Positions 1-12,138 of a DNA stretch of 64,000 nucleotides are shown piece after piece. The notes below the pieces were generated by a model, which was given only the letters and a program-made list of their open reading frames with translations, did not search any database and was not told where the DNA came from. How positions within the stretch are numbered: the stretch's first letter is position 1; each line of letters starts with the position of its first letter. Made by a program: the position numbers and the translations under genes. This DNA comes from Octopus vulgaris (lineage: Eukaryota): positions 72,168,001 to 72,232,000 of the forward strand of contig OX597814.1 in NCBI GenBank assembly GCA_951406725.2. The letters run 5' to 3'.

Positions 1-194
1 TAATGAAATATATCTTCCTTGTTTCAAATAATTTTTTAAATAATGAAGAATTAAATAAAATAATTCTGTCATTAAGCTGATGTTTGGAACATAAGTCTGA
101 TGTTTTGATGGAAGATTTTAATTTAAATTACTTTAAACAGAAAGTTAATATCGTGAGACCAAGGGCAGTCACAGGCAGATTGGTATCAAAAGGG
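1..194. mobile_element. End of a piggyBac-like non-autonomous element
   Basis: Ends ggtatcaaaAGGG followed by TTAA (195-198), resembling the terminus of the piggyBac at 46186-47254. The other end is outside the window. Confidence 0.5.
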
Positions 195-1569
195 TTAAAG
201 TATCTTTACTTTGATGTTTGGTTATTGTTATAACAAAATTTTGCCTGCAAAATTTGTTAAATATTAAACTTTGAATAGCATTTATTTGTTAAAGAATAAA
301 ATATGAAATATTTTCTTTGTAGATTTATTATATATAATTATTAAGACACAGTATGTTTTAGTAACAGTTTTTCTTTTAATGAAACTCTGAAGGCTTTAGA
401 GGAAAACAGTCTTATGTACTAGTTCTGAAAGAGAAGATAGATAAAGAGAGAGAAAGATGTCAGAATAATTACAGATATTGATTCAGGTGCTGATTTACTG
501 ACTGTTCTTCTACATCCCCTGAATCAATTTGTCTATAAACTTTGGTGCATTTGTCAGTTAATTAGTTGGTATTAAAAAACTACAGCTGTAATATTTTGTA
601 CCCAGCTAACCCATCTCAGTTGTAAAAAGATATTTCATTTCTATAATAATTAGTTTATATATAAAGAAGGGTTTCTATAAATGTCAGTACCATCATTTAA
701 TGTCTACAATATTTCTCGATAAAAAAAAATGTAATAAATTTAGTTATTAAAAGTGCTGGATATAGTAATTTCATCATTGATTGTTATGTAATTTATGTTA
801 AATTGCTTAGCATATATTTGAATGTTGTATATCAAATAGTTCTGAGCTGCAGTTGAATTAGAATCATATAATTTAGAGCATCTTCATTATTTTTGTCTCT
901 TGTATTTAAAATTATTTACTTATATAGTTTATGGGAAAGAATTAAATATGACATAAAAATGCAATGAATCATCATTCTTGATAAATATCAAGATTTTTCT
1001 GTTTTCATCTAGAAGAAAGGAATGTAGAAAGTTTTTCTTAACGTAACAATGTCTTTATCAGATGTTTCTGTGTGTACACCATGTGTATATGCTGAGAAAA
1101 ATGTGTATGAATGCTTGCTTTGAACACATAAAATTCTTTACAGCAATAGATGTAGTAAAATTGAAATTTTGTCTTACATAACAAGGGTATAGCTTCTTTT
1201 GTTGAATCCAGTGAAGAGAAGTGGTACTCCACTATATGGCTGTAGTTATGAGCACTAAAGTTGAGGTAGAGTGGAGATGACAAAAAGTGGAACTAGCAAT
1301 CATCTGTTTTCATTCCCTCACTATTTCCAGTCTTGTATTCTGCTCTATCAGTAAACATCTCATCTTTTCCTGACACTTAAGTGTTTTGCCCATCCACTAC
1401 AAATCCTTATTAGTTTTTTAGGGTTTTACTGTTTTTCTGAGTATTTAATAGTTTAGTGTCCGATATATCCACATGTAATATTAGGCTCTATACACTAGCA
1501 TTTACTAAACAGTAGTTTTTACATATTGAACAGTTTCATAGTTTGAATGGTATGGTTATATAATAACAA

Positions 1570-1834
1570 CAATAATAATAGTAATATTGTTTCTGATGTA
1601 GCATTACTCAATTAACTTGACCCTAGTACTGGACTGGTACTTCATTTCATCAGCCCCAAAAGAATGAAAGACAAAATTGACCTCTCTGAGATTTGAACTA
1701 AGAACCAGACCAAAAGATAAAAGGGAAAGAGAAAAATACACATCTTTTCTGACATTTTAGCAACTTTGTCAATCTACTACTATAATAATGATAAAAATGA
1801 TGATGATGATGATGATGATGATGACGACGACGAC

Positions 1835-1865
<31 letters not shown>

Positions 1866-2450
1866 GTTTCAGGTTTTGGCACAAGGTCAAATTTCAGCAA
1901 TTTCAGCAATTTTAGTGGAAGGAGATAGTCAATTACATTGATCCCCGTCCCCTCCCGCCAGTGGTCAACTGGTACTTAAAGGATGAAAAGCAAAGTCTCC
2001 CTCAGCGTAATTTGAACTCAGAATGTAAAGGACCAAAAGTTATGCCACTAAACATTTTGCCTAATATACCAAGGATTCTGCCAGCTCTAGGAACAAGGCC
2101 TGCAGTTTGAGGGAAGGTACTAGTCAATACCATCAACACTAGTACTTAATTTCTATTATATTTTATGATGATGATGATGATGATGATGATGACCCTGGAG
2201 GGATGAAAGGCAAAGCTGACTTCAGCAGGATTTCAAGTCAAAACATAAAAAAAAAAACAGAAATGATTCTGCCAATCTTCTACCACCACTACCCTGCTGT
2301 TGCTACTGCTAATAATAATGATAATAATCCTTTCTACTAAAAGCACAAGGCCTGAAATTTTATTATCAAATAAGCCCCACTCACCTCCTCTTTAAAAGTG
2401 CTGGCTTTATGCCTAAACCACAAACCATCATCATCATCATCATCATCATC
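1570..2450 (-). mobile_element. Cluster of degenerate SINE copies (family B) separated by trinucleotide microsatellites
   Basis: Repeated gcacaaggcc...ggatgaaaggcaaagt.gacctc...atttgaactcagaa...gattctgccag blocks separated by (AAT)n, (GAT)n and (TAT)n. Confidence 0.7.
1797..1864. repeat. Compound microsatellite (GAT)n(GAC)n(TAT)n
   Basis: Read directly from the sequence. Confidence 0.95.
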
Positions 2451-2588
2451 ACTGGCATTTTGTCCAACACTCTAACATTTTTCTGCCAATAATATTAACT
2501 TGCAGATCCCAAGCTATTGAAAAATAAGGATTTAAATAATGTTCATAAATATTGTATAAATGTTATATATATTTGTATATTATTATAT

Positions 2589-3680
2589 AAAATAGATGAA
2601 CATCAATGGAATTTGTATCTTTGTGGTACCAGTGCTGGTGGCACACAAGAAAACCATCCGAACGTGGCTGTAGCCAGTACCGCATCGACTGGCCTCCGTG
2701 CTGTGGGCACATAACAAACACCATCCGATCGTGGCCGTTCGCCAGCCTCATCTGGCACCTGTGTCGGTGGCACATAAAAACACCATCCGAAGACCCGGCA
2801 AGACTAGTCAGGCCATAACCCGTGGCCCCTACCTGGGACGTAGTCAGTCCACCTGTGCATACCTTCCTTCTTGTGACACTTGTGAAGACCTGTTGAGGCA
2901 AGTGAAAATCAAATCAAATCAAATCAAATCAAAACAAATCAAAATAGATGAACATCAATGGAATTTGTATCTTTATGGTACCAGTGCCGGTGGCACACAA
3001 GAAAACCATCCAAACGGGGCCGTAGCCAGTACCGCATCGACTGGCCATCGTGCTGTGGGCACATAACAAACACCATCCGATCGTGGCCGTTCACCAGCCA
3101 CATCTGGCATCTGTGTCGATGGCACATAAAAACACCATCCGAAGACCCGGCAAGACTAGTCAGGCCATAACCCGTGGCCCCTACCTGGGACGTAGTCAGT
3201 CCACCTGTGCATACCTTCCTTCTTGGGACACTTGTGAAGACCTGTTGAGGCAAGTGAAAATCAAATCAAATCAAAGCAAATCAAAATAGATGAACATCAA
3301 TGGAATTTGTATCTTTGTGGTACCAGTGCTGGTGGCACACAAGAAAACCATCCGAACGTGGCCATAGCCAGTACTGCATCGACTGGCCTCCGTGCTGTGG
3401 CCGTTCGCCAGCCTCATCTGTCACCTGTGTCGGTGGCACATAAAAAACACCATCCAAGCATGGCCGTTTGCCAGCCTCGTCTGGCACCTGTGTCGGTGGC
3501 ACATAAAATCACCCACTACACTCTCGGAGTGGTTGGCGTTAGGAAGGGCATCCAGCTGTAGAAACTCTGCCAGATCTGACTGGCCTGGTGCAGCCTTCGG
3601 GCTCCCCAGACCCCAGTTGAACCGTCCAACCCATGCTAGCATGGAAAGCGGACGTTAAATGATGATGATGATGATGATGA
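2589..3680 (+). mobile_element. 5'-truncated RTE LINE 3'UTR with a ~350-bp internal tandem repeat
   Basis: Units start at 2589, 2941 and 3283 (aaaatagatgaacatcaatgg). Ends in the family terminus ggttggcgttaggaagggcatccagctgtagaaa...gacgttaaat(GAT)n. Confidence 0.9.
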
Positions 3681-4629
3681 AATATAATATGAATTCTTGC
3701 CTTTTTGACTGTAGTATTTATCTTGCAGCTCTGAGTGATTGTTTCTTACAAACTGAAAACAGCTTACTTCAACCTTGATATTAACTGGATATTGATGAAC
3801 AAGGTTTCCTTTTCTCTAAGAAACTCTGAAGTCACCTATATGTATATATGTGTGTGTGTGCAAGATAATATCCATGCAATTCTTACATTGTCATCTTATT
3901 TTTAACTTGTATTCATTGTTCTTCTATACACACCATGAAATTATGCTATCCAAATGCCATTAGGAAATAAAAGAGACTAATACATTGGGTGAAAATGGTG
4001 AGATAAATATGAGATCATTTCTGCCCAGGAAAATACTCTTTCTTTCTCCTTTTTTTTTTAATACAGAAAATACTTTCACTTTTCCTGCAAACAAAGAAAA
4101 TATTAAGCATTTTTAATTTGTGATTCTCTTTGAAGCATAACATACTGTGACAAGCAGAAAAGAAACATAAAAACAATAAATAGGTACAAGTATAGTTGTG
4201 TTTACTTCACAATATGTGATTCAGGTTTAGTCCTTGGACAAGTCTCTTCTGCTATAGCTTCACACTGACCAAAACTCGGGGGTGGATTTTGTAGATGGGA
4301 AATGAAAGTCAGTCATCTATATAATATATATATAATAATAATAATAATATAAATAATATATAAATATATGCATATATACATACATATATGTACATACCTA
4401 CATTTATATTTATATATACATGCATATTTGGGTACAGGACATCAAAAAGGCATTGAACACAATGAGAAACGTAAACATAAAAACAAAAACATGGAAACGA
4501 ACTTATTTTCAAACAACGAGAAAACAGAGTACAAGACATACAACACAAGGAATATTCTCCTTCTTCTGTTGTCCCTGTTTCGTCTACTCTGCGTTTCGAA
4601 GGAAGGATAATTATATATGGGAATCAGGT

Positions 4630-7600
4630 ATCTTCACTGGGGTATACAGTGGCCATGGTATTGGTACCAGAAATGATGAGGGAACTAGACTACTGGAATT
4701 CTGTGATGCATCATCATCATCATCATCATCATCGTTTAACGTCCGTTTTCCATGCTAGCATGGGTTGGACGGTTCGACCAGTGTTCTGGGAAGCCAGAAG
4801 GCTGCACCAGGCTCCAGTCTAATCTGGCAATGTTTCTACAGCTGGATGCCCTTCCTAATGCCAACCACTCCGTGAGTGTAGTGGGTGCTTTTTACGTGCC
4901 ACCTGCACAGGTGCCAGGCGAGGCTGGCAACAGCCACGGTCGGATTGGTGTATTTTATGTGCCACCGGCACGGAAGCCAGTCGAGGCGGTGCTGGCATCG
5001 GCCACAAGTCGGATAGTGCTTTTTACGTACCACCAGACCAGGGATCCTGGCTGGTTCAATTCGATTTCGATTTCGCTTGCCCCAACATGTCTTCACAAGC
5101 AAAGGGGGTTGGCATGGGTGCCTGTCGTACGGTCGGATTGGAGTATTTTACGTGCCACCGGCACGGAAGCCAGTTGAAGCGGCGCTGGCATCGGCCACGA
5201 GTCGGATAGTGCTTTTTACGTACCACCAGACCAGGGATCCTGGCTGGTTCAATTCGGTTTCGATTTCGCTTGCCCCAACATGTCTTCGGAAGCAGAGGGG
5301 GTTGGCATGGGTGTCTGTCGTCGGATGAGGTTCTATATCGACTTCGCTTGCCTCAACAGGTCTTTGTGTCCAAGGGAGGAAAGGCATTCATAAGTGGGCT
5401 GGGCTCACTTGTCCTGCCTGGTCTTCTCACATACAGAATATTTCCAAAGGTCTCGGTCGCTGGTCATTTCCTCAGTGAGGCCTGTAACCTTTTAATCTGC
5501 AACACTAACTTCAGGAAGCCAGACTGCCACCTTATAACCTATCAGTCAGGAGACTCCACTAGCCAAATAGACTTCATCCTCACCAAACAGCAGGATTGCT
5601 CTTAAATACAAAGACCCTCCCAGGTGAAGAATGTACCCCTCAGCTTAGGCTAGTCATTAGTGACTTTAGGCTTGAGGGCAGAAGGATACCAAGAAGCAGA
5701 CCAATCCAGAAAAGAAGGATTTGGAAGCTAAAGAACCCTTCACATGGTCAGAGATTTAGGGACATCCTCATCAAGAAATTTGATTAGAGGGAAGAGGAGC
5801 TACAGATGTCGGACATAGAAGGTAGCTGGAAATTCCTACGGGACAGCTTGCTGAGTGCCACAGACCAAGTCTGTGGATGGTGCAAAGTCCCTTCCAGACC
5901 TAGAGTTACGTGGTGGGGTAATAGTACAGTAGACAAAGCCATTAGAGCAAAGAAACAGGCCTGGAAAGCCTAGAGGGATGGGGGTAGCAGGGAACTGTAC
6001 CAGGTATCCAAAAGGGAGGCTGGGCGGCAGGTATACATAGCCAAGGGTGAAGCAGAAAAGAAGAAGTTTGCCAATGTTCGGCGACGTGAGGACCAAAGAA
6101 CTGAGGTATTTCGGATTGCAAGACAGTGTGTGAGAGAAAATATTGATGTCACAGGAGAGAAATACATCCACATGGATGATGGTGCACTTGTTTTCAATGT
6201 TTCTGAAAAGAAAAAGGCTTGGAGAAGCCACTATGAGAGACTGCTGAATGTGGAGAATGAATGGGAGGAGGAGAGCCTGCCAAATGTTGAGCCAGTAGAG
6301 GGACCAGCTATCCAAATAGACAGCTCCCTAGTAGTTAAGGCAATTAAGGGTATGAAACCAGGAAAAGCCCCTGGCCCATCAGGAATCACTGCTGAGATGC
6401 TTAAAACATCTGGTTGTGTGGCCTATAGCCTAGTCAGCTGCATTGTAAACCAGGTAGTTCATAATGGAGTCATACCCAATGACTGGCGTAGCAGCACCAT
6501 AGTCAACTGCTACAAGGGCAAAGGTGATGCTCTAGATAGAAATAACTACAGGGGTATTAAACTGTTGGATCAGGTGATGAAGGTCACAGAGAAGGTCATA
6601 GCTCATCTCATTAGGGAGAGAATTTGCTTAGATGAGATGCAGTTCGGTTTTGTGCTGGGTAGAAGCACCACTGATGCCATATTCCTGGTACGACAACTGC
6701 AGGAGAAATACCTAGCTAAAGATAAACCCCTCTACATAGCTTTCATGGACTTTGACAGGGTCCCCCGATCCCTTATCTGGTGGTCGATGCGGAAACTCGA
6801 GATTGACGAATGGTTAATAAGGGCTGTACAGGCCCTATACAGATAGGCTGTCAGCAAGGTTAGGATTGGCAATGAGTATAGTGAAGAATTCCGGGTAGAA
6901 GTAGGTGTGCACCAAGGCTCAGCCCTCAGTCCCCTTTTATTCATCATAGTCCTCCAGGCAATAACAGAGGAATTCAAAATAGCAGAATCACTACCGAAAC
7001 TAGAAAAGAAATTTTGGGTTTAGAATCAAAGGTTTAGAAGCAAGGTTTAGAATCAAAAGGCCTAAGAGTAAATGTAGCAAAGACAAAAGTTATAGTAAGC
7101 AGAAAGGTGAACTCATCACACAACCCCTCGGGCAGGTGGCCCTGCTCGAACTGTAGGAAAGGTGTAGGTAGAAACTCCATAAGATGTACCCAGTGTAAGC
7201 TATGGACACATAAGATGTGCAGCAACATCAAAGGAAAATTAACTGATAAGATAGCTTTCATGTGCGGCAGATGCACAGGGGCAATAGACACCACAGATAC
7301 TCAGAAAACAGATTCTATCACACTCCAGGGGGAGAAACTAGAAGTAGTTGATAGTTCCTGCTACCTAGGTGACCAAGTTAGTAGTGGAGGTGGATGCTCA
7401 GAGAGTGTCACCACTAGAATACGAATAGCCTGGGCAAAGTTTAGAAAGCTCCTACCCCTACTGGTGACAAAGGGTCTCTCACTCAGAGTGAAAGGTAGAT
7501 TGTATGAAGCATGTGTGCGAACTGCCATGCTTCACGGTAGTGAAACATGGGCTGTGACTGCAGAGGACATACATAGACTTGAAAGAAATGAAGCTAACAT

Positions 7601-8342
7601 GATCCACTGGATGTGTAATGTCAGTGTTCACACACGACAGAGTGTAAGCGCCCTGAGAGAAATGCTGGACATAAGAAGCATCAGATGTGGTGTGCAAGAG
7701 AGACGCTTGTGATGGTATGGTCATGTACTGCGGATGGATGAGGAGAGATGTGTGAAGAAGTGCCACTCCCAAACAATTAAAGGTATCAGGGCGAGAGGTA
7801 GACCCAGGAAGACATGGGATGAGGTAGTCAAGCATGACCTTCGAGCGTTGGGCCTCACAGAGGCAATGACGAAGGACTGAGATCTCTGGAGATATGCTGT
7901 GACTGCAAAGACCCGGGCTGCTTCCTGTACCAGTTTCGCATAGCCCCAGCCCATTCAAAGTACCTTGGATTGCAGAACAACCTGCTGTGCTTACTTTGGA
8001 TTGTAGAGTGGCCTGCTGTGCTTGAGGAGACCTATTGAGTCAAGTACATAAACATCGAAATACATATCAAATGGAAATAGTAGTTGTGATACCTGTGCCG
8101 GTGGCACGTAAAAAGCACCAACTGATCACGACCGCTGCCAGCTTCCCCTGGCACCTGTGCCGGTGGCACGTAAAAAGCACCCACTACACTCACGGAGTGG
8201 TTGGCATTAGGAAGGGCATCCAGCTGTAGAAACACTGCCAGACCAGACTGGAGCGTGGTGCAGCCTCCTGGCTTCCGAGACCCCGGTCGAACCATCCAAC
8301 CCGTGCTAGCACAGAAAACGGATGTTAAAAGATGATGATGAT
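4630..8342 (+). mobile_element. Degraded RTE-clade LINE (partial APE endonuclease, RT, PHD-like finger, 3'UTR), interrupted by a nested copy
   Basis: Frames encode GTRLLEFCDA|CNLLICNTNFRKP, SQIDFIL, KAPGPSGI, NYRGIKLL, QFGF...STTDAIF, LHGSETW. Several stops and frameshifts; (GAT)n tail at 8331-8342. Confidence 0.95.
4710..5481 (-). mobile_element. 5'-truncated RTE copy nested antisense in the previous LINE
   Basis: (ATC)n tail at 4710-4733, conserved 3' terminus, and last ORF codons GLTEEMTSDRDLWKYSVCEKTRQDK*. The host reading frame resumes after removing it. Confidence 0.93.
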
Positions 8343-8364
8343 ACATATATATATATATATATAT

Positions 8365-8537
8365 ACCGGAGTAAACACATAAATGTGAAACAAGGTGGCA
8401 AAAAGAGTACTCAAATACCAGTGGTAGAGTAATATGTTACTCTGAGTTTCCCATTGCCGTTCAAAAACTGTCCGATGAACGGCAACGGGAAACTCAGAGT
8501 AACAGGTTTTGTTGAATCTTCTGCTGCTTTAAATAAA

Positions 8538-8540
<3 letters not shown>
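8365..8540. mobile_element. Short element between (TA)n tracts with a 28-bp-arm inverted repeat and a hammerhead-like motif (Penelope pLTR-like)
   Basis: Arms at 8436-8463 and 8476-8503 with 1 mismatch. The right arm carries CCGATGA..GAAAC-TCAGA-GTA. Confidence 0.6.
8468..8505 (+). ncRNA. Minimal type I hammerhead-ribozyme-like motif
   Basis: ctgt-CCGATGA-acggcaacgg-GAAA-ctcaga-GTA-acag. Stem I is ctgt/acag, stem III is quasi-palindromic actc/gagt, cleavage triplet GUA. The core has C instead of U4 and stem II is weak. Confidence 0.5.

Positions 8541-8590
<50 letters not shown>
8539..8590. repeat. (TA)n microsatellite
   Basis: Read directly from the sequence. Confidence 0.95.
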
Positions 8591-8592
<2 letters not shown>

Positions 8593-8619
8593 AGAAAAAA
8601 GCAACAAGAATGGATTAGT

Positions 8620-8712
8620 TTTTCTGTACAATTGTTTCATATGAAGACCAGATTTATTAAAAGCTGCAAATATTGCAGCAAATACAAGTGTCCCGTACTC
8701 ATCAGCCAAAAC
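8620..8712 (-). ncRNA. Decayed type I hammerhead-ribozyme-like motif
   Basis: Minus strand: CTGATGA-gtacgggac...gtcttcatat-GAAA-caattg-TA. Exact core, palindromic stem III, stem II mismatches consistent with CpG decay; stem I is imperfect. Confidence 0.55.
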
Positions 8713-9589
8713 ACATATGAGTTCTCCAAGCATCCTAGTGGGTGAGGCTACACTCATGAAGTATCGAAGATAGTTCTATAAAAAGCAAATTTAGATTGTA
8801 AGCAGACTTCCAAAGTTCTCTAATGATGCACAGTCTTATAACAGGCTTTAAAAAAGCTTCACAGAAAAGGTGAATCCATCCATAATGTAGGTGCAATTAC
8901 CGGAGATATGAGGAGATATTTCATACTCACAGACAATGAATCCATCCATGATTAATCCATAATAAGGTGGGTATTTTTTCCTGATATATGATAAGATACT
9001 TGTCACACCTCTGTTCATTTCACAAAACTGCTATGTTAGAATTATAATGGCTGAAGGAATTATGTGGAGCATAGAAAAACTGCCCACATAGAGCATTCTG
9101 GGATAACTGAGAGGGAAGGGGTCGCAGGTACCCACCTACACAGAAAGGTCTCTTTCTGTGGAGACAGACAGTCTGGCTTAGAATTTGCAGGAATCTAAGA
9201 TTTATAACGGAGAACATTACTTTTGACCAGTATACAGCTGTTAATTGCCAATCCGACGGAGCTAAAGCAGATATAAGAATCTAAAGAGAACAAGGAAGGG
9301 GTCGATAAATTAAGTACCAGTTACGCACTGGGGTCGATGTAATCGACTTAATACCTATGTCTGTCCTTGTTTGTCCCCTCTGTGTTTAGCCCCTTGTGGG
9401 TAATAAAGAAATTGGTATTTATTTTATTGATTCCATAAGGATAAAAAAGCAAAGCTGACCTCAGCAAAGTTTGAGCTCAGAACACAAAGAGAAGGAACAA
9501 ATATCACAAGGCATTTTACTCAACATTCTGCCAGTCTCCTGTTTTTATATAATAATAATAATAATAATAATAATGATGATAATTCTTTC

Positions 9590-9800
9590 TTTCTGTAGGC
9601 ACAAGGCCTGAAATTTCTCGGAGTGGGGGGCCAGTCAACTATACAGACCCTAGTACTTGATTGGTACTATTTTATTGACCCTGAAAGGATGAAAGGCAAA
9701 GTTGACCTCTGCAGAATTTGAGAGCTCAGAATATGTAGACAGATGAAATACCACTAAGCATTTTATCCAGCATGCTAACAAGTCTGCCTGCTCACCACCT
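9590..9800 (-). mobile_element. SINE family B copy
   Basis: Reverse complement of the copy at 33042-33260. Confidence 0.8.
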
Positions 9801-9843
9801 TGATGATGATCATCATCATAATAATTATAATAATTATTATTAT

Positions 9844-10410
9844 TGAGTAAGAGAGCAATGTATGCCATCAAAATAACACTGGGGTACAAATATATGAAGC
9901 CCAATATACCTATCATGACTACCTGTCTGATAAGAGTACACCAGGCACATGCTTTTGCAACCGTATGTGTGCAACGTGGTGACCTTTTATCAAGATGAAT
10001 AATGCATGACCTTGCTGATGGGGCCCTGTTAGAGTCTTTTTTTTTTTTTCAGCTTGAGTAACCCATCCTACTCAAAACATCCTTGAATGAGGGTTGTTTA
10101 AGGATGATGAACAAACACCCATGTTTCCAGAGCTGAATTATTCAAACACCAAAGAATTCCTCTCAACACATGGCTATGATGCTCCCCAACTACATCTGCT
10201 CATGATCAGAGATGTACATAATGTCAGCCACTAAGAGACATGCCCAACTGGTTATGGTCAAACAACTGACAAGCATATTTGTGGTATTGCGGGGAATATT
10301 TGTTATAGCCCATCTTTTTTATATCAAGACAAAACATGCACATGATAACACTTCCAATAAGTTAAGATCAGAAGCCATGAGAGCCAGTGCCTGGTGCTGC
10401 ATCAGGGTAT
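9844..10410 (-). mobile_element. ~560-bp interspersed repeat (family C) bounded by (TTA)n
   Basis: Homologous to 13597-14100 (opposite strand), 34265-34775 and 43802-44350. No ORF; flanked by AAT repeats. Strand inferred from the tail. Confidence 0.85.
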
Positions 10411-11319
10411 TTATTATTATTATTATTATCATTACTTCAAATTTTGGCACAAGACCAGCAGTTGTTAGCAGTAGGGGGTTAATCTTTGTATTTGACTGAT
10501 GCTTTATTTTATTGGTCCCGAAAGGATGTTTAACTTGGCAAAATTTGAACCCAGAACACAAAGAGCCAGTGGAAATGCTGCTTAACATTTTTCCCAATGC
10601 TCTAACTAATCTGCCAGTTCTCCACCTTTATTATAATAACGATGATAAAAATAATAACAATCTTCAGTTTGTTAGTCACAATGGCTTGAAGACATAAAAG
10701 AATTTGAAACTTTTACTAAAGAATACAAAGAAAGATAATGATAAAGTGGAGTATAAAAAACACATTCACAAATTACCAATAGTGATGGTAGGAGACATTA
10801 TATACAATATATGGAAGGACATAGAATGTTAAAAGGATACATACAAGCATAGATCATTGTCATCATTTACTGTCCATGTTCCTTGCTGGCATGGGTTGGA
10901 TAGGTTGACAGGATACAATGGGTCCAAGGACTGACTGTTATTGGCATGGTTCCTACTGCTTTATGCCCTTCCTAATACCAGCCACTTTACAGTGTGTACT
11001 GAGTGCATTTCTCATGGCACCAGCATTAGTGAGGTCACTGTGCAGCCTGCAAGACTACAACCCTGAGTGAGGCATTTTTATGCAAGATGACAGGTTAATA
11101 TATGAGGGAAGGGTTAGAGAAAACAGGTTTCTTGTTGTAGAGGAGCTACATAGTCATTCCCATTTTAGAATAGAGATAAAATAGTGGTGAGTGTCTGGGT
11201 GGGCACTCAAGGTGCAAGGTGATTAGAAGTGAGTGGGGACAGGGAGACCAGGAGAGTGGATGGGTGGGTAGCAGTTGCAAGAGCATATAGGAGTGGGAGA
11301 TATGGGTAGAGAGTAAATA

Positions 11320-12138
11320 CAAGGGGATACCCAAAAGGAACCTGAATTTTGCAATATTATTTTATTCACTTAGTTTTTCATGTTTACACTTTTATCACCT
11401 TCAAAGTATTCTCCATTTGAAGCAATGCATTGGTCCAGGCACATTTTCCACTGGTCAACGCAATCCTGGAACTTTTGCGAAGTGATGCTTTTTAACATCT
11501 CCATCATTTTTTCTTCACCTCTTCTACATCTGCAAATTCATTAGCACCAGCTTTTGTCACCAGTGATGACCTTCAAAAGAAGGTCTGTATCAACTTCCAG
11601 TTGTTCTTTCAGTTCAGGACACACAATTAGTCATGACTGCTTTTGATCTTCCATAAGCAAACGAGACGCAAATTTTGCTGCAACTCTTTTCATTCACAAT
11701 TCTTCACTCAAAATTCATTAGCAGGAGCTCCAGCACACACCAGTCATATCAAGTTTGTCAGTTGTTCAGTGACGGTCTTCCATGTTCAGTTCAGAAATTT
11801 CAAGATGTTTTCACTCATTTGAGAGGTCAAAGTTGGTCTTCAAGCAACACGTGACCATTCCTAAAGCATGAAAATCACTTGTAAACTTGGGTTTTGCTCA
11901 TGGCAGCATTGTTGTAAACTGTTTGAAGCTTGACGGCTGTTTCAGCCACTGTTTTCCCCAACAGAATTTCATGGAAGCACTGCAAACACACTACATGACA
12001 GTACGACTATACTTAACAATGCCAGCTGGCAGACTGGTGCCTGAGGGTTGTATCAAGTAGCTTCTAGGGGTGGAAACCTGAACTACAATGGGCTTGTTCC
12101 ACACAGAACATTTCCAGTTAGTTTTGGTTACCTCCTCA
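11320..12138 (-). mobile_element. Internally deleted mariner element
   Basis: TA flanks and imperfect TIRs (caaggggatacccaaaaggaacctgaa / ttccagttagttttggttacctcctca). The minus strand encodes a mariner C-terminus, FQDCVDQWKMCLDQCIASNGEYFEG. Confidence 0.8.

Noticed and set aside
2517-3658. Many overlapping 65-120 aa ORFs on both strands
   Set aside because: They arise from the GC-richer tandem 3'UTR repeat and show no protein motifs.
4420-4610. Possible hammerhead half (cttcGAAACgcagagta on the minus strand) in a Penelope-like repeat
   Set aside because: There is no upstream CUGANGA; it is truncated near the RTE 5' end, so it cannot be supported.
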